In this document: positions 30,542 through 32,000 of the stretch, piece after piece
How positions within the stretch are numbered: the stretch's first letter is position 1
Layout: each line of letters starts with the position of its first letter
Position numbers and translations under genes: made by a program
The notes under the pieces: generated by a model
Told to the model about the DNA's origin: nothing
Databases searched by the model: none
Seen by the model: only the letters and a program-made list of their open reading frames with translations
Source: Erysipelotrichaceae bacterium OH741_COT-311
Lineage (GTDB): Bacteria > Bacillota_I > Bacilli_A > Erysipelotrichales > Erysipelotrichaceae
Length of the DNA stretch: 32,000 bases
Assembly: GCA_003858585.1 (NCBI GenBank)
Contig: RQZE01000002.1
Coordinates: 30,001 to 62,000 of the forward strand
Reading direction: 5' to 3'

Positions 30542-32000
30542 ATGAAAAGATATCAATCTTTAATGGATACACTAAGGTTACCCCTTAAGATTCTTTTTGT
30601 TGCGTTTCTTTTTGTTGGGATTGGATATTTAGTTCATAACGAAAGTGTAAATTTATTTTATACGATAAAAAATCGTAATATTATATTATTGTCTGAAATT
30701 TTATATCTGGTGGGAAGTTTTCTGATTATAAATTTTCCATTTATTGTATTGATTAAAATTGTTTCTCGAAAAAATAATTCTTCAATCAATGTAATATCTG
30801 GAATTATTGGTTATGTGGTATTTTTGATTGTGATGATGTTTTTTTCATCAAGTGATTTACCACCTCTTAGTTTTCAACCAATTTTAGGTATTCAATATTT
30901 ATCAACGTATTCACAGACTTATACTGTACGTTATCCTGTACAAGTTGGTATTCTGGCAACACTTGTCGTTGGTTTTTGTACAAGAGTGAGCTATGCAAGG
31001 AGTCGTAAAAGAAGTAGTTATAGTTTGATGTTGTTTATTGACAATGATACATGGGCTATTTTGAGTAATTTAGTATATTGTAGTATTGCAGCTTTTATTA
31101 CAGCGTTGTTTTGGCCAAGTTTTGATAAATTTATTCAGATGGCAGTAAATTTTGTAGCGCAAGATATTACCAACCCGATGAGTTTATTTGTTTATGGAGT
31201 TGCCGATCGTATTACATCGGTGATGGGGATTAATCATTTAATTCGTGATCCATTTTGGTATGATAGCTTGGGTGGTACGTGGTTATCTTTAGCCGGGGAA
31301 TCATTTGCGGGAGATTTAAATGTTTGGATTGCAATGGCAAATCAAAATGTTGTTTCAACTGGTTTTGGTCGTTTTATTACGCCATATTATATTTTAAATA
31401 TATTTGCAGTACCAAGCTTATTGATTTCGTTGTATTTTTTATATACAGATAAAATTGAACGACGTAAAATTCGTTTGTTTCTTATATTAGCGATGATTGT
31501 ATCTATATTTACAGGAATTTTATTGCCTGTAGAGATTGCGTTGTTAGTGCTGAGTCCGCTTCTATTCTTTTTGCATATGCTGATTACAGGCTCTTTGTTT
31601 GCGGTGTTACAAATCTTAAAGGTCTATTTAGGGTTTAAGTATACGGGAGATGTGGTAACCGCATTGCCTGGTAGTTTGCCGGATTTATTGGTGTATCTGC
31701 GTGATCCAAACTATGCAAGAACGATATCATTAATCTTTATGATAGGTATTGTGATTTTTGTGGTGTATTATGTTTTAATTCAAGTTTTCTTTAAATATTT
31801 GGCATTTGATTTATTAAATACAGGAAAAACACAACGTATTGTGGATGGTTTGTCACAAGCGGTCGGTGGTGTGGATAACATTAAAGTGATTCACGCTTCT
31901 CCGCTTCGTCTTACGGTTCAGGTGAATGATATTACTTTGATTAATTTTGATGAAATTCTAAAATTGGGGGCATTGCGTGTGGTGGAAACACGAGCGGGAT
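30542..32000 (+). CDS. PTS glucose-family EIIC-EIIB-like membrane protein, 3'-truncated by the window edge, with degenerate catalytic motifs
   Basis: I translated this ORF by hand. It runs 486 codons without a stop to the window end, and it is missing from the track because no stop is reached. The EIIC-like core reads FTGILLPVEIALLVLSPLLFFLHMLITG, compared with the PtsG-type GITEPxEFxFxFxxPxLYxxH. The C-terminal EIIB-like segment reads AVGGVDNIKVIHASPLRLTVQVND, compared with GGxxNIxxxxACxTRLRxxV. Confidence 0.8.
   Translation, partial: MKRYQSLMDTLRLPLKILFVAFLFVGIGYLVHNESVNLFYTIKNRNIILLSEILYLVGSFLIINFPFIVLIKIVSRKNNSSINVISGIIGYVVFLIVMMFFSSSDLPPLSFQPILGIQYLSTYSQTYTVRYPVQVGILATLVVGFCTRVSYARSRKRSSYSLMLFIDNDTWAILSNLVYCSIAAFITALFWPSFDKFIQMAVNFVAQDITNPMSLFVYGVADRITSVMGINHLIRDPFWYDSLGGTWLSLAGESFAGDLNVWIAMANQNVVSTGFGRFITPYYILNIFAVPSLLISLYFLYTDKIERRKIRLFLILAMIVSIFTGILLPVEIALLVLSPLLFFLHMLITGSLFAVLQILKVYLGFKYTGDVVTALPGSLPDLLVYLRDPNYARTISLIFMIGIVIFVVYYVLIQVFFKYLAFDLLNTGKTQRIVDGLSQAVGGVDNIKVIHASPLRLTVQVNDITLINFDEILKLGALRVVETRAG

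Noticed and set aside
1-32000. All 20 stop codons visible in this window are TAA or TAG. There is no TGA stop and no in-frame TGA, which could hint at a codon-usage shift or reassignment related to TGA-recoding lineages.
   Set aside because: The sample is small and TAA bias is expected in an AT-rich genome. Trp is encoded by TGG throughout, and nothing requires a non-standard code. A genome-wide check would be worthwhile, but the window alone gives no evidence.
1-32000. A search by eye for tRNA, rRNA, CRISPR repeats, IS inverted repeats, integrase or transposase genes, and toxin-antitoxin or restriction-modification-like gene pairs.
   Set aside because: None was found. Coding density is high, and every intergenic gap is accounted for by promoters and terminators.

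Overview
This 32-kb segment comes from a low-GC Bacillota (Firmicutes) chromosome. Supporting signs are the gene order ricT/yaaT-rsmI-metG, a CYTH gene beside the NAD kinase gene, a SEDS RodA/FtsW gene, AT-rich intergenic regions and GGAGG-type ribosome-binding sites. I support 21 protein-coding genes. One is an open-ended ORF at the 3' edge that is absent from the supplied ORF track. By eye I found no rRNA, tRNA, CRISPR array, transposase or integrase.

Housekeeping genes flank two giant secreted proteins. The first is a 1,889-aa wall-anchored adhesin with SpaA-like and Cna-B domains and an IPKTG sorting signal. The second is a roughly 1,930-aa GH20 hexosaminidase with multiple F5/8 type C (CBM32-like) modules and a plain C-terminal membrane anchor.

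Between them lie four units. One is a large membrane protein translationally coupled to a small ABC ATPase, resembling lactococcin-972-type immunity/export pairs but with no bacteriocin gene. The second is an LLM-class flavin oxidoreductase. The third is a YesM/YesN-type (HptSR-like) two-component system directly upstream of an AfuABC-type ABC importer. The fourth is a small gamma-glutamylcyclotransferase-like gene.

I do not see a convincing defence island or mobile element, and most of the window looks like core chromosome. The observations most worth follow-up are:
- The two-component system plus Afu-type importer, which is probably a sugar-phosphate system mislabelled as iron or polyamine transport.
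- A 20-nt cre-like motif shared by the importer promoter and the GH20 leader.
- The bacteriocin-less immunity-like pair.
- A PTS EIICB-like protein in which both catalytic motifs are substituted.
- The mosaic, perfectly repeated Cna-B array in the adhesin.

All homology calls rest on motif and architecture recognition by eye. No database search was possible.
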